A DNA stretch of 64,000 nt, from assembly GCF_006345805.1 (NCBI RefSeq), contig NC_043005.1, forward strand, positions 73,594,001 to 73,658,000, given 5' to 3'. Under the pieces are notes generated by a model. The model was not told where the DNA came from, did not search any database, and worked only from the letters and a program-made list of their open reading frames with translations. The number at the start of each line of letters is the position of its first letter. Within the stretch, counting starts at the first letter, position 1. Origin of the DNA: Octopus sinensis (taxonomy: Eukaryota). This document shows positions 1 through 12,132 of the stretch, piece after piece. A program made the position numbers and the translations under genes.

Positions 1-230
1 CTTTCGGGATCGATAAATTAAGTACCAGTTACGCACTGGGGTCGATGTAATTGGCTTAATCCGCTTGCCTGTCTTTGTTTATCCTCTCTGCGTTTAGCCT
101 CTTGTGGGTAGTAAAGAAATAGGTATTTTGTCAGCCACTACGTTCTGATTTCAAATTCCGCCGAGGTAGACTTTGCCTTCTATCTTTTCGGGGTCGATAT
201 TTGACATAACCCCTCATCCAAATTTCAGGC
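1..230 (+). mobile_element. SINE family A, two head-to-tail modules (runs off window start)
   Basis: Same module as many other copies in the window (ttcaaattccgccgaggtcgactttgcc...cggggtcgat...gtaccagttacgcactggggtcgat...gtaaagaaataggtat). Confidence 0.8.
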
Positions 231-884
231 ATTGTGCCTATAGTAGAAAATATTATTACTATTGTTATTATTATCATTATTGTTTTTTTTTTATAGTTTT
301 TATTATTATTGTCAGCACTCTAATTTTAAAACAATGCTATCATCTTTTATCTTTCATAGCTTACATAAAATATCTCTCAAATTCTGTATCCCTTCATCAC
401 AGTGAGAATTTACTAACATCTATATTTCAACGTTGCTGTAATTTTTTTCCTCCCTGCAGCAACACTTCGCTCGTTTTGTATTCTCATATCTGACTCCCAT
501 CTTATAGATGTATCGTTTTATGCAACCAACTGTATTTCATATCGTTATTTCTATTTCCCATTATTATACTCTGTCTTTTCGGCTATTATTAAATGGTAAA
601 CACGCAGTATTCTAGGAATACATTTCACAGTTAGCATTAGTAAATGTATTTTACTGTCGTTAAGTGAAATCTATTATTTTTTTTTATGGTTACACCCGTA
701 TCCTCATTGTTGTTTTAGCGTTTTTATGCGACTATTTGTGATAATGTAATAGCATGTCTTTTAACTAACGCTTGCATCTCCCTCCAATTATTTCTCTATG
801 TATATTTTATATGTATGTGTGTATACAGACATATATTTACATACAAGCATATATGGAGTCGCAAACACCACACACACACAAATA

Positions 885-888
885 TATA

Positions 889-959
<71 letters not shown>

Positions 960-1170
960 AATGTATGTATATGTATGTATGAATACATATACATAAGTAT
1001 GTGGTATATGTACATGTCTATAAGTATATATTTACATACAAACACAGATGGACACACACATATAAGTACAAAGATATGTGTGCGTATATATATACATACA
1101 TAAATATGTGTATATATGTATGTATTTGTATGTATATATATATATATAAATATATCGATAGCTAGCTAGC

Positions 1171-1225
<55 letters not shown>

Positions 1226-1253
1226 GCATATTGATAGACTGATAGACTGGATG

Positions 1254-1325
<72 letters not shown>

Positions 1326-1355
1326 GTAGATAGATAGATAGATAGATAGATAGGA

Positions 1356-1389
<34 letters not shown>

Positions 1390-1456
1390 TTATAGACATG
1401 TACATATACCACATACTTATGTATATGTTCATACATACATATATATACATATATAT
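885..1456. repeat. Compound microsatellite (TA)n/(GATA)n with host segment 'A' (direct copy ~950-1090, inverted copy ~1385-1455)
   Basis: Segment gaatacatatacataagtatgtggtatatgtacatgtctataag appears at ~980 (+), ~1385-1435 (reverse complement) and ~10000 (+). Confidence 0.85.
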
Positions 1457-1591
1457 AGTTGAGTGTAGAAATTCGGGGTGAGTACTTGATAATTATAAGC
1501 ACCTGTGTATACCGTTTGGTGGTGTAGGTGGTGGAGTAAATTGATCAAAATAAAAATAAAAATAAAAATAAAAACATGAGGCGAAGGATTC

Positions 1592-1671
1592 AGCGGTACA
1601 TATGTTTCGGGCCTTTATTAGACAGATACATAACAAATCATAATGTATGTCTGTGGCCTTCTTCAGCCGCT
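1592..1671 (-). ncRNA. Type I hammerhead ribozyme, long stem II (PLE 3' end, left arm)
   Basis: Minus strand reads AGCGG-CTGAAGA-AGGCC...GGCCC-GAAA-CATATG-TA-CCGCT. Stem I is AGCGG/CCGCT, the core is canonical CUGANGA/GAAA, stem III is palindromic and the cleavage site is GUA. Confidence 0.8.
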
Positions 1672-3322
1672 CACAACAGCTTCCACAAGGACATGTGTTA
1701 GTTCCGAAATTCTTGGCTGGGGATGCAAATCTTCTCGTTCCCGTACGACAAAATGCGGCAGCAGCATCGAATTGAATCGTCCATCTCCTTCTTCTCTCAA
1801 TGTAGAATGAGGAAACTTGGATGTTGAGGTAATGTAAATAAATAAATACGTATATAGAGGTGAAGATGGAGGGGCGAGAGTTCGGGGCGAGGGATAAAAA
1901 ATATAAAATAATATAAAATAATGTATAAATGTAGATGATAAAGATATAAAGAGTTGTAAGGAGATGTAAAGGGGGTATAAAGGCATAATGTTGTAAAGTA
2001 AAAATAGAAATGGAAATAATAGTAAAAGAAGTAAAGGAACCTGATAAAAACATGATAAAAGTGTAAAAGAATGTAGGGATAAGGGATGTATAGAGGTCGC
2101 GGACCCAGCATGGTGGTCAAGAGATTGATAAAACTTAGTTGTAGAACTGTCAGTAAATAACGGTTTCGTCGTAAATCAGAGCTGATGAGAGTTTAATCTG
2201 GTTCCTTGAATTAAATGGACTTCCAGTACATACATATCATCATGGGTACATACACCCACCACACACGCGTACATATACGTCTCCAAGTCTATAAGCAAAC
2301 ACACGCACTCGCGTGTAAACATGTACATAAACCCACACGCACCACACGCATGCGCGCACACACACATACATACAACAGAATATCCGCATATATAGACGGA
2401 CATTACGCGCGTATACGCTCACATGTACATACGTGCGCCCCTCACTACATACGTACACGTATATGCCCACGTCTCTAGGTCTAGGTATAAGATATTAAAG
2501 GATGTGTATAAGAACGTATGTAAAGAATCCCGTACTCATGTTAATACGCGCACGCACACACGGCTGTGTGTCCGTATGTGCGTGCACATATATATACTCA
2601 CATACGCACACAGAGACACACGCGCTCATGGGTATAGTCATAAGATATCGAAGTATGCATGTACACATACGCGCGCGCACATGTATGTACGCGCATACAC
2701 ACGTACGCGGACGCTCGGATACTCAAAAGGCGGATCCATAGGTGAGTAAATAAGCATATATAGAGGTGTAAAGCGATAGATTAGGGGTAAGAATGAGGGT
2801 AAGGGTAAAGATTAGAAATAAAAAATACAGTATAAAATAAGAAATACAATGTAATAGTTAGAAATGAAATATAAGAATTATAAGGGTTATAAGAGTTAAG
2901 GTAAGGGATGAAAATGAAAATGAGAGTAAATGGCAGTAGAATAAACGTAAAAATAAAAGTAAAAATAAAAATAAAATTAAAAATAAAAATACATGGAAGT
3001 AGGATAAAAGTAAAAATAAAAATGAAAATAAAAATAAAAATAAAAATAAAAATAAAAATAAAAATAAAATAAAATAAAATAAAAAAATATAAAAATAAAA
3101 AAATAAGGTAAAAATATAATTTTGTAAAGTTTAACATGAGATGGAGGTGGCCCACATATATATATATATGTGTATATGTACACACACACACGTATGTGCA
3201 CATAAACGCACACACACACACACACACACACATACACACGCGCATATAGGAAAACGGGATGTGCTGGAGCCGACAGGTTGCACCGGGTGGGAGGAAATAG
3301 CATGGGGGAGTTGGTATAAGAC

Positions 3323-5584
3323 CTAAGCATTGTAGTATTTGAAAGTATTAATAAGTTTATGTATACAGGATGGTTTGAACTCTGACCTTTTGTTAATAAG
3401 ATTGTGTTTGTCTTTGAATTTCAAGATGTTCAGGAGTTCTACACAGCATAGTTGGCATCCTGCTCTATTATTTAAATAAGGTGCAGCTGATCCGATGATG
3501 GACCATCTGAGTTTGAAGCTTATGCATTTGTCTTTTAATTCCCAAATTCTTTTAGAGAGGGAGGTGCTGTTAGCCTTATGTCTATGTCTCATCGAGGACC
3601 GGTGGTTGTAGTATCTGGATTTCCAGGAGGTTGAGCAACCAATATAGGTGAGTGTGTTAAATTGAGTACTCACCTCACATGAGTATATTACGTTTTTTGC
3701 CCTGCATGCGCCCTGCAGCGGGCACTCTGATGCACATCTGCAGTTGCATTGCATTGCATTATTCGGTCGTGTGCTGCTAATCCTAGGCGGAGGTGTTGCA
3801 ATACGAGTGGGGGCGTTGGTACCTCCTGGTTGTTGATGGGTGTAGTATTTCCTCTGTAGTGTCGGCGGGTGTTATTACTAACTGCTTGGGTATTATGGTT
3901 GCCAGTCTGGTTATAATGCCTACTGTCTAGATGAGGGGGGTTCTGTTGGTCGCTATGGTTTGCTCTTGATCTAGCTGTTCTAATATTAATATAGTTGTGT
4001 TTAGCTAAGAGGCAGCTCATGTTGGGCAGGGTAGAGTAGGAAATCCTAATAGTTTTGTTGGAGAAGATACTTCTATATTTGTGGGTGGGTGGGAAGTTGT
4101 TGGAAATTATAGAGAATATTCTTTTACATAACCTACCCCTAACTGCTAAGTTGAAAGGTATGTTGAACCATATGTATTTGCGTAATCTACTATTATCCCT
4201 TCTGTTTCTCCTAATAGGATCTATATTGTTCTCGTCGGGAGGGTTACTATTGTGTGCTGTTCTATTAGTCCGCCTATTTCCTATATGTTGTTTGGAGTTT
4301 GAATTAGACTTATCGGTAGTGTGAGTTGAGTGCTGAGTTCGATTATAATTGGGAGTCTTATGGTCGACGGACGCTCCGGTTGGTCTACGTATGATATTCT
4401 CTGGTTATATCCGGCACTATAGAGAGCTTGGTTGTAGTGTTGAGCATGATTATTGAAAATTTCTCTATTAGAGGATAGTTTTGTCAGTCCGTCTGTCTGA
4501 GATGGCTTGTACTGTGGTGCTAATTATACAGGGTGGATGGTTGGAAGAGGTATGGATGTATTTGGTAGTTTCTTCTGGTTTCCTATATGGGTAGTGAAGG
4601 TGCTTATTCAAATCTAACGTAACATCTAAGAAGTTAACTATTTTAGTATTGGTCATAAATTCTAGTTTAAGATGAAGGATTTGAAAAAAAGCCTGATCTT
4701 TTTCCTAATTCTTTCTAGTTTACTCCTATTGTTGGTGGGGTATGAAGAGGGCGTCGTCTCTGTATAGACCCCCCTGAAGATCCGGTACCTCGGAGAAAAG
4801 CTTCTTGAGCAGGTAGGCCCCGACCAAGTCAGTCACCTGAGCTGAATCGCTCGAGAGCCCATAGCCACATCGAAATTGTCGGGGTATCGGATCTGGTCCA
4901 GAGTCTACCGTCGAATTCTATTATGGTTTTTCTAGCTATAGAATTATGTCAATTTTTTCTCTGTCTATGAGTGAAAGGTTGCGGGCAAAAATAAGGGATT
5001 TGTTAAGTAAGATGGGGAGATATACTGGCGTAGTAGCTGGCTATGTCGAATTGGATGAATGAGTAGTCGGGCCTATTGGTGATAGTGTTAAACCATTCTC
5101 GCACATCGCTGGTATTAATCCATAGTTGGAGTGGGATGTGGGGTTTGATGTGTGGGATCACCTTGTCCAGGATGGTCTTGCTAAGTCTGCCGATATCCGA
5201 TTTAGTCGGACAGATTAATCGTACTCCTACACTATCCGGAAGTCTTTCTTATGGTCTTTAATAGTAATTTGGGGTACTTGCGGTTTAATAGGTCTGTTCT
5301 GTCCAGGAGGTCTAATTTGCTCATAACTTCCTTGATTTTGTAATTAATTTCCTTAAGGTTATCCGTAGAAGTAGTTTTATACTTTTTGCTAAGTTCCCTC
5401 ATGATGAGCGATTTGTAGGTTTGGTAGTCTAGCCTATACCAGTTCCCCGTCTTGTCAGCGGGTATGATAAGATTACCGACGTCCTGAGTGAATGCAGGAA
5501 CTCTTTAAGGCTCCTTAAGGTGGGTGTTGGAAATGGTCTTATGTTTACTAATGTTGATGTTGGTATGAGGTCGATTAAGTCTTT
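3323..5584 (-). pseudogene. PLE RT + GIY-YIG endonuclease ORF, 5'-truncated and frameshifted
   Basis: Motifs PADKTGNWY, GLYRDDAL, NFLDVTLDL, PYRKP..YIHTSSNHPP, CNCRxxxxCPLxGxC, NVIY..TYIG, NSTSLSKRIWELK, C.LC..E, NKRSE. Confidence 0.92.
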
Positions 5585-5683
5585 AAGTACTCACCCCGAA
5601 TTCTACACTCAACTCACCTACGTTATCACTAGGATCTGATCCCACGCAACCGCGACAACCTTTAGTACTTGACGAACCCAAAC

Positions 5684-8180
5684 ATGAGTATTCAAAGGAT
5701 TCACACAAACTTCTCCCCCAAGGACATACCTCTCCACTCCGACAAAACTTACACGACGACTCTCATCCACCGAACCACAGACTTTATTAGAAGAATTAGG
5801 TGGGCGGCCTACCATTTCGATAACCCGGAGAAAAGCAACCCCAACTCTAACCAAGAAGAAATAGCACACAAGAAGATATTTAAAAGCAGAAGAAACCCAC
5901 CCCCTAACTACGCACTGGAAAATTTGAAAAGACTTAATCGACCTCATTACCAACATCAACATTAGTAAACATAAGACCATTTCCAACACCCACTTAAGGA
6001 GCCTTAAAGATTTCCTGCATTCACTCAGAACGACGGTAATCTTATCATACCCGCTGACAAGACGGGGACTGGTATAGGCTAGACTACCAAACCTACAAAT
6101 CGCTCATCATGAGGGAACTTAGCAAAAAGTATAAAACTACTTCTACGGATAACCTTAAGGAAATAATTACAAAATCAAGGAAGTTATGAGCAAATTAGAC
6201 CTCCTGGACAGAACAGAACCTATTAAACCGCAAGTACCCAAATTACTATTAAGACCATAAGAAAGACTTCCCGGATAGTGTAGGAGTACGATTAATCTGC
6301 CGACTAAATCGGATATCGGGCAGACTTAGCAAGACCATCCTGGACAAGGTGATCCCACACATCAAACCCCACATCCCACTCCAACTATGGATTAATACAG
6401 CGATGTGCTAGAATGGTTTAAAACTATCACCAATAGGCCCGACTACTCATTCATCCAATTCGACATAGCCAGCTACTACGCCAGTATATCCCCCATCTTA
6501 CTTAACAAATCCCTTATTTTTGCCCGCAACCTTTCACTCATAGACAGAGAAAAAATTGACATAATTCTATTAGCTAGAAAAACCATAATAGAATTCGACG
6601 GTAGACTCTGGACCAGATCCGATACCCCCGACAATTTCGATGTGGCTATGGGCTCGAGCGATTCAGCTCAGGTGACTGACTTGGTCGGGGCCTACCTGCT
6701 CAAGAAGCTTTTCTCCGAGGTACCGGATCTTCAGGGGGTCTATACAGAGACGACGCCCTCTTCATATACCCCCCCAACCAAGAACAATAGGAGTAAACTA
6801 GAAAGAATTAGGAAAAAGATCAGGCTTTTTTTCAAATCCTTCAATCTTAACTAGAATTTATGACCAATACTAAAATAGTTAACTTCTTAGATGTTACGTT
6901 AGATTTGAATAAGCACTTCACTACCCATATAGGAAACCAGAAGAAACTACCAAACATCCATACCTCTTCCCACCATCCCTGTATAATTAGCACCACAGTA
7001 CAAGCCATCTCAGACAGACTGACAAAACTATCCTCTAATAGAGAAATTTTCAATAATCATGCTCAACACTACAACCAAGCTCTCTATAGTGCCGGATATA
7101 ACCAGAGAATATCATACGTAGACCACCGGGAGCGTCCGTCGACCATAAGACTCCCAATTATAATCGAACTCAGCACTCAACTCACACTACCGATAAGTCT
7201 AATTCAAACTCCAAACAACATATAGGAAATAGGCGGACTAATAGAACAGCACACAATAGTAACCCTCCCGACGAGAACAATATAGATCCTATTAGGAGAA
7301 ACAGAAGGGATAATAGTAGATTACGCAAATACATATGGTTCAACATACCTTTCAACTTAGCAGTTAGGGGTAGGTTATGTAAAAGAATATTCTCTATAAT
7401 TTCCAACAACTTCCCACCCCCCCACAAATATAGAAGTATCTTCTCCAACAAAACTATTAGGATTTCCTACTCTACCCTGCCCAACATGAGCTGCCTCTTA
7501 GCTAAACACAACTATATTAATATTAGAACAGCTAGATCAAGAGCAAACCATAGCGACCAACAGAACCCCCCTCATCTAGACAGTAGGCATTATAACCAGA
7601 CTGGCAACATAATACCCAAGCAGTTAGTAATAACACCCGCCGACACTACAGAGGAAATACTACACCATCAACAACCAGGAGGTTACCAACGCCCCCACTC
7701 GTATTGCAACACCTCCGCCTAGGATTAGCAGCACACGACCGAATAATGCAATGCAATGCAACTGCAGATGTGCATCAGAGTGCCCGCTGCAGGGCGCATG
7801 CAGGGCAAAAAACGTAATATACTCATGTGAGGAGTACTCAATTTAACACACTCACCTATATTGGTTGCTCAACCTCCTGGAAATCCAGATACTACAACCA
7901 CCGGTCCTCGATGAGACATAGACATAAGGCTAACAGCACCTCCCTCTCTAAAAGAATTTGGGAATTAAAAGACAAATGCATAAGCTTCAAACTCAGATGG
8001 TCCATCATCGGATCAGCTGCACCTTATTTAAATAATAGAGCAGGATGCCAACTATGCTGTGTAGAACTCCTGAACATCTTGAAATTCAAAGACAAACACA
8101 ATCTTATTAACAAAAGGTCAGAGTTCAAACCATCCTGTATACATAAACTTATTAATACTTTCAAATACTACAATGCTTAG
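5684..8180 (+). pseudogene. PLE polyprotein (N-terminal domain, reverse transcriptase, GIY-YIG endonuclease), ~830 codons, several frameshifts
   Basis: ATG 5684; FIRRIRWAAYHF N-terminal motif; FIQFDIASYYASI; DVAMGSSDSAQVTDLVG; YRDD at 6743-6754 (out of frame after a G-run deletion); GIY-YIG at ~7750-8180; stop 8178-8180. Confidence 0.92.
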
Positions 8181-9815
8181 GTCTTATACCAACTCCCCCA
8201 TGCTATTTCCTCCCACCCGGTGCAACCTGTCGGCTCCAGCACATCCCTTTTCCTATATGCGCGTGTGTATTGTTGTGTGTGTGTGTGTGTGCGTTTATGT
8301 GCACATACGTGTGTTGTGTACATATACACATATATATTATATGTGGGCCACCTCCATCTCATGTTAAACTTTACAAAATTATATTTTTACCTTATTTTTT
8401 TATTTTTATATTTTTTTATTTTATTTTTATTTTTATTTTTATTTTATTTTTATTTTTTTTTATTTTTATTTTCATTTTTATTTTTACTTTTATCCTACTT
8501 CCATGTATTTTTATTTTTAATTTATTTTTATTTTTACTTTTATTTTTACGTTTATTCTACTGCCATTTACTCTCATTTTCATTTTCATCCCTTACCTTAA
8601 CTCTTATAACCCTTATAATTCTTATATTCATTTCTAACTATTACATTGTATTTCTTATTTTATACTGTATTTTTTATTTCTAATCTTTACCCTTACCCTC
8701 ATTCTTACCCCTAATCTATCGCTTTACACCTCTATATATGCTTATTTACTCACCTATGGATCCGCCTTTTGAGTATCCGAGCGTCCGCGTACGTGTGTAT
8801 GCGCATACATACATGTGCGCGCGCGTATGTGTACATGCATACTTCGATATCTTATGACTATACCCATGAGCGCGTGTGTCTCTGTGTGCGTATGTGAGTA
8901 TATATATGTGCACGCACATACGGACACACAGCCGTGTGTGCGTGCGCGTATTAACATGAGTACGGGATTCTTTACATACGTTCTTATACACATCCTTTAA
9001 TATCTTATACCTAGACCTAGAGACGTGGGCATATACGTGTACGTATGTAGTGAGGGGCGCACGTATGTACATGTGAGCGTATACGCGCGTAATGTCCGTC
9101 TATAATGCGGATATTCTGTTGTATGTATGTGTGTGTGCGCGCATGCGTGTGGGTGCGTGTGGGTTTATGTACATGTTTACACGCGAGTGCGTGTGTTGCT
9201 TATAGACTTGGAGACGTATATGTACGCGTGTATGTGGGTGTATGTACCCATGATGATATGTATGTACTGGAAGTCCATTTAATTCAAGGAACCAGATTAA
9301 ACTCTCATCAGCTCTGATTACGACGAAACCGTTAATTTACTGACAGTTCTACAACTAAGTTTTATCAATCTCTTGACCACCATGCTGGGTCCGCGACCTC
9401 TATACATCCCTTATCCCTACATTCTTTTACACTTTATCATGTTTTATCAGGTTCCTTTACTTCTTTTACTATTATTTCCATTTCTATTTTTACTTTACAA
9501 CATTATGCCTTTATACCCCCTTACATCTCCTTACAACTCTTTATATCTTTATCATCTACATTTATACATTATTTATATTATTTTATATTTTTTTATCCCT
9601 CGCCCCGAACTCTCGCCCCTCCATCTTCACCTCTATATACGTATTTATTTATTTACATTACCTCAACATCCAAGTTTCCTCATTCTACATTGAGAGAAGA
9701 AGGAGATGGACGATTCAATTCGATGCTGCTGCCGCATTTTGTCGTACGGAACGAGAAGATTTGCATCCCAGCCAAGAATTTCGGAACTAACAATGTCCTT
9801 GTGGAAGCTGTTGTG

Positions 9816-9894
9816 AGCGGCTGAAGAAGGCACAGACATACATTATGATTTGTTATGTATCTGTCTAATAAAGGCCCGAAACATATGTACCGCT
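9816..9894 (+). ncRNA. Type I hammerhead ribozyme, long stem II (PLE 3' end, right arm)
   Basis: AGCGG 9816-20, CTGAAGA 9821-27, stem II 9828-77, GAAA 9878-81, CATATG 9882-87, cleavage after A9889, CCGCT 9890-94. Confidence 0.8.
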
Positions 9895-9944
9895 GAATCC
9901 TTCGCCTCATGTTTTTTATTTTTATTTTTATTTTGATCAATTAT

Positions 9945-9950
9945 ACATAT

Positions 9951-9987
<37 letters not shown>

Positions 9988-10172
9988 ATATATGCATGTA
10001 TGAATACATATACATAAGTATGTGGTATATGTACATGTCTATAAGTATATATTTACATACAAACACAGATGGACACACACATATAAGTACAAAGATATGT
10101 GTGTGTGTATATATATACTGATAGATATACAGACTGATAGATAGAGAGATAGATAGATAGATAGATAGATAT

Positions 10173-10232
<60 letters not shown>

Positions 10233-10327
10233 GAAGACAGACAGATAGATAGACAGACAGACAGACAGACAGGACAGACAGATAGACGGACGGACAGACG
10301 GATAGACATATAGATAGATAGATAGAT

Positions 10328-10372
<45 letters not shown>

Positions 10373-10377
10373 GATAA

Positions 10378-10446
<69 letters not shown>

Positions 10447-10490
10447 AGGATGGAATGAGAGAGAGACAGAGACAGACAAACAGACAGACA
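9945..10490. repeat. (TA)n + host segment A + (GATA/GACA)n microsatellite
   Basis: Direct reading; segment A matches ~950-1090. Confidence 0.9.
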
Positions 10491-10692
10491 GATGGGGAAA
10501 TCGTTTCAAAATCGATGAACTTCTTTATATTTAACTTCTTTATCATTCTTTATTTCTTCATATAACACCTTTTACATCCTTAAAATATTATACTTTACGT
10601 AATGTCTACACACACGCACATACACACAGATAAAATTCCTTACATATGTCTATATATAAAACATGTACTAATAGAACAAATGTATATATATT

Positions 10693-10765
<73 letters not shown>

Positions 10766-10800
10766 CGTTGTTGTCTTTTTGTTTTCTTGTTTGGATCAAC

Positions 10801-10832
<32 letters not shown>

Positions 10833-11257
10833 CCATAGATATGCATGTACGTACAATATATGTGTGTGTGTTTGTGTGTTTGTGTGAAACACTATATACA
10901 AATAGTCAGTATTATTCTATTAAAATTTTATACTTGTTTATTTACTTACAATAATTTTTGTTGATATTTTGCTCCTTTTATATATATATGTGTACGTATT
11001 TGTTTGTGTGTTTGTTTGTTGATGGTCTTCTTTTAGTTTCTTTCCACCATTACTTCCTATCCACATTATTTTGTTACTTGATAACTTTTCTTTATCATAT
11101 TGTATACACAGCTTCCTCTTATCATTCCTTCCTCCTTTCTCACTCTTTTCTACCTATTTCTTCTCTGTCACCCAAGCCCACCCCTCTCTCTCTCTTTCTC
11201 TCTCGTTGCGCTAAACTAAAAAAACGCCTCTGTCTTCCGTTTGTTTTCTGTGATTGA

Positions 11258-11390
<133 letters not shown>

Positions 11391-11724
11391 AGAGTGACAT
11401 ACATGTGTGTGTATTACATATATATACACACATCTATGAACGATAATGATGGTAGCATTAATGGTATTGACAACGATAATGATGCTAACTTTAATGACAC
11501 TTTTGAAATTAGTAGGAAATAATATAATGTACTATTGACTATGTATATTTGCATCTAGGTACTAATATGTGTATGTTTATTATCACAATATTAAGTTGAA
11601 AAACTGAAACATTGAATGTGGAACATATATATGTTTACTAATTTATATTATTTATTTGCATTATTATGTATATTTATATTTTTATATGTTTAGGAGTGTG
11701 AGTATATGCATTCATATATATATG

Positions 11725-11857
11725 TATATCTTCAAAGAGGCCTTATGATACTTTTGTAAATGTCTCATTTATATCCATATATTGACCTACCATAATAGGC
11801 TAATATTGGTAAAATGAGACATACTTATCTACATGGCCGAAACAGCTGTAAGATGTA
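11725..11857 (+). ncRNA. Decayed long-stem-II hammerhead in a probable PLE pLTR relic (relic extends to ~12092)
   Basis: TATATCT/AGATGTA stem I; core TCAAAGA (decayed); GGCC...GGCC closing an inner ATGTCTCATTT/AAATGAGACAT hairpin; GAAA; palindromic CAGCTG; GTA. Confidence 0.55.
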
Positions 11858-12091
11858 ATCTATACTTATATTTACTTTTATTTATATTCTCTTTTTTATA
11901 TATTTTCTACTTATACAACATTACTCTTTTATGTATACTTTTTTATGTACATTCCTTTGTGTACACTGATTTGTTCTGCTTTTTTATGTTTAACACTACA
12001 GTCTCTTATGTGGTGGTTTAATAAAGTATGTGATTGAGTATTTTCTGATAATTGATATTTGATTTAGATGTATTTCTCCATTTTCTTATCT

Positions 12092-12132
<41 letters not shown>

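Larger units (their letters stand above)
1457..5584 (-). mobile_element. Penelope-like retroelement, 5'-truncated inverted copy with extended 3' tail
   Basis: Reverse complement of 5928-9942. It encodes an intact GLYRDDAL RT motif (YRDD at 4753-4764) and the GIY-YIG ORF at 3323-3754. Confidence 0.95.
5585..9942 (+). mobile_element. Penelope-like retroelement, near full-length copy
   Basis: 5' UTR 5585-5683, ORF remnant 5684-8180, ~1.75-kb 3' UTR ending just after a hammerhead; flanked by (TA)n. Confidence 0.95.

Noticed and set aside
772-1502. Many ORFs rich in IY/LSIY/VC/HT repeats (also ~9900-11430, 21480-21990, 39230-39640, 46870-47570, 48250-48860, 52430-53290, 58700-60060)
   Set aside because: Translations of stop-free microsatellites; no protein complexity.
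4055-4324. ORF MLEKILLYLW... (mirror at 7182-7451) and 5618-5989
   Set aside because: Antisense shadows of the PLE ORF; duplicated only because of the palindrome.
9305-9345. HHR-like CTGATT(T)ACGACGAAACCGTT in the PLE 3' UTR, and CTGATGA on the opposite strand (2182-2188)
   Set aside because: The core lacks G8 and has no convincing stem I; the antisense CTGATGA has no matching GAAA or stem III.
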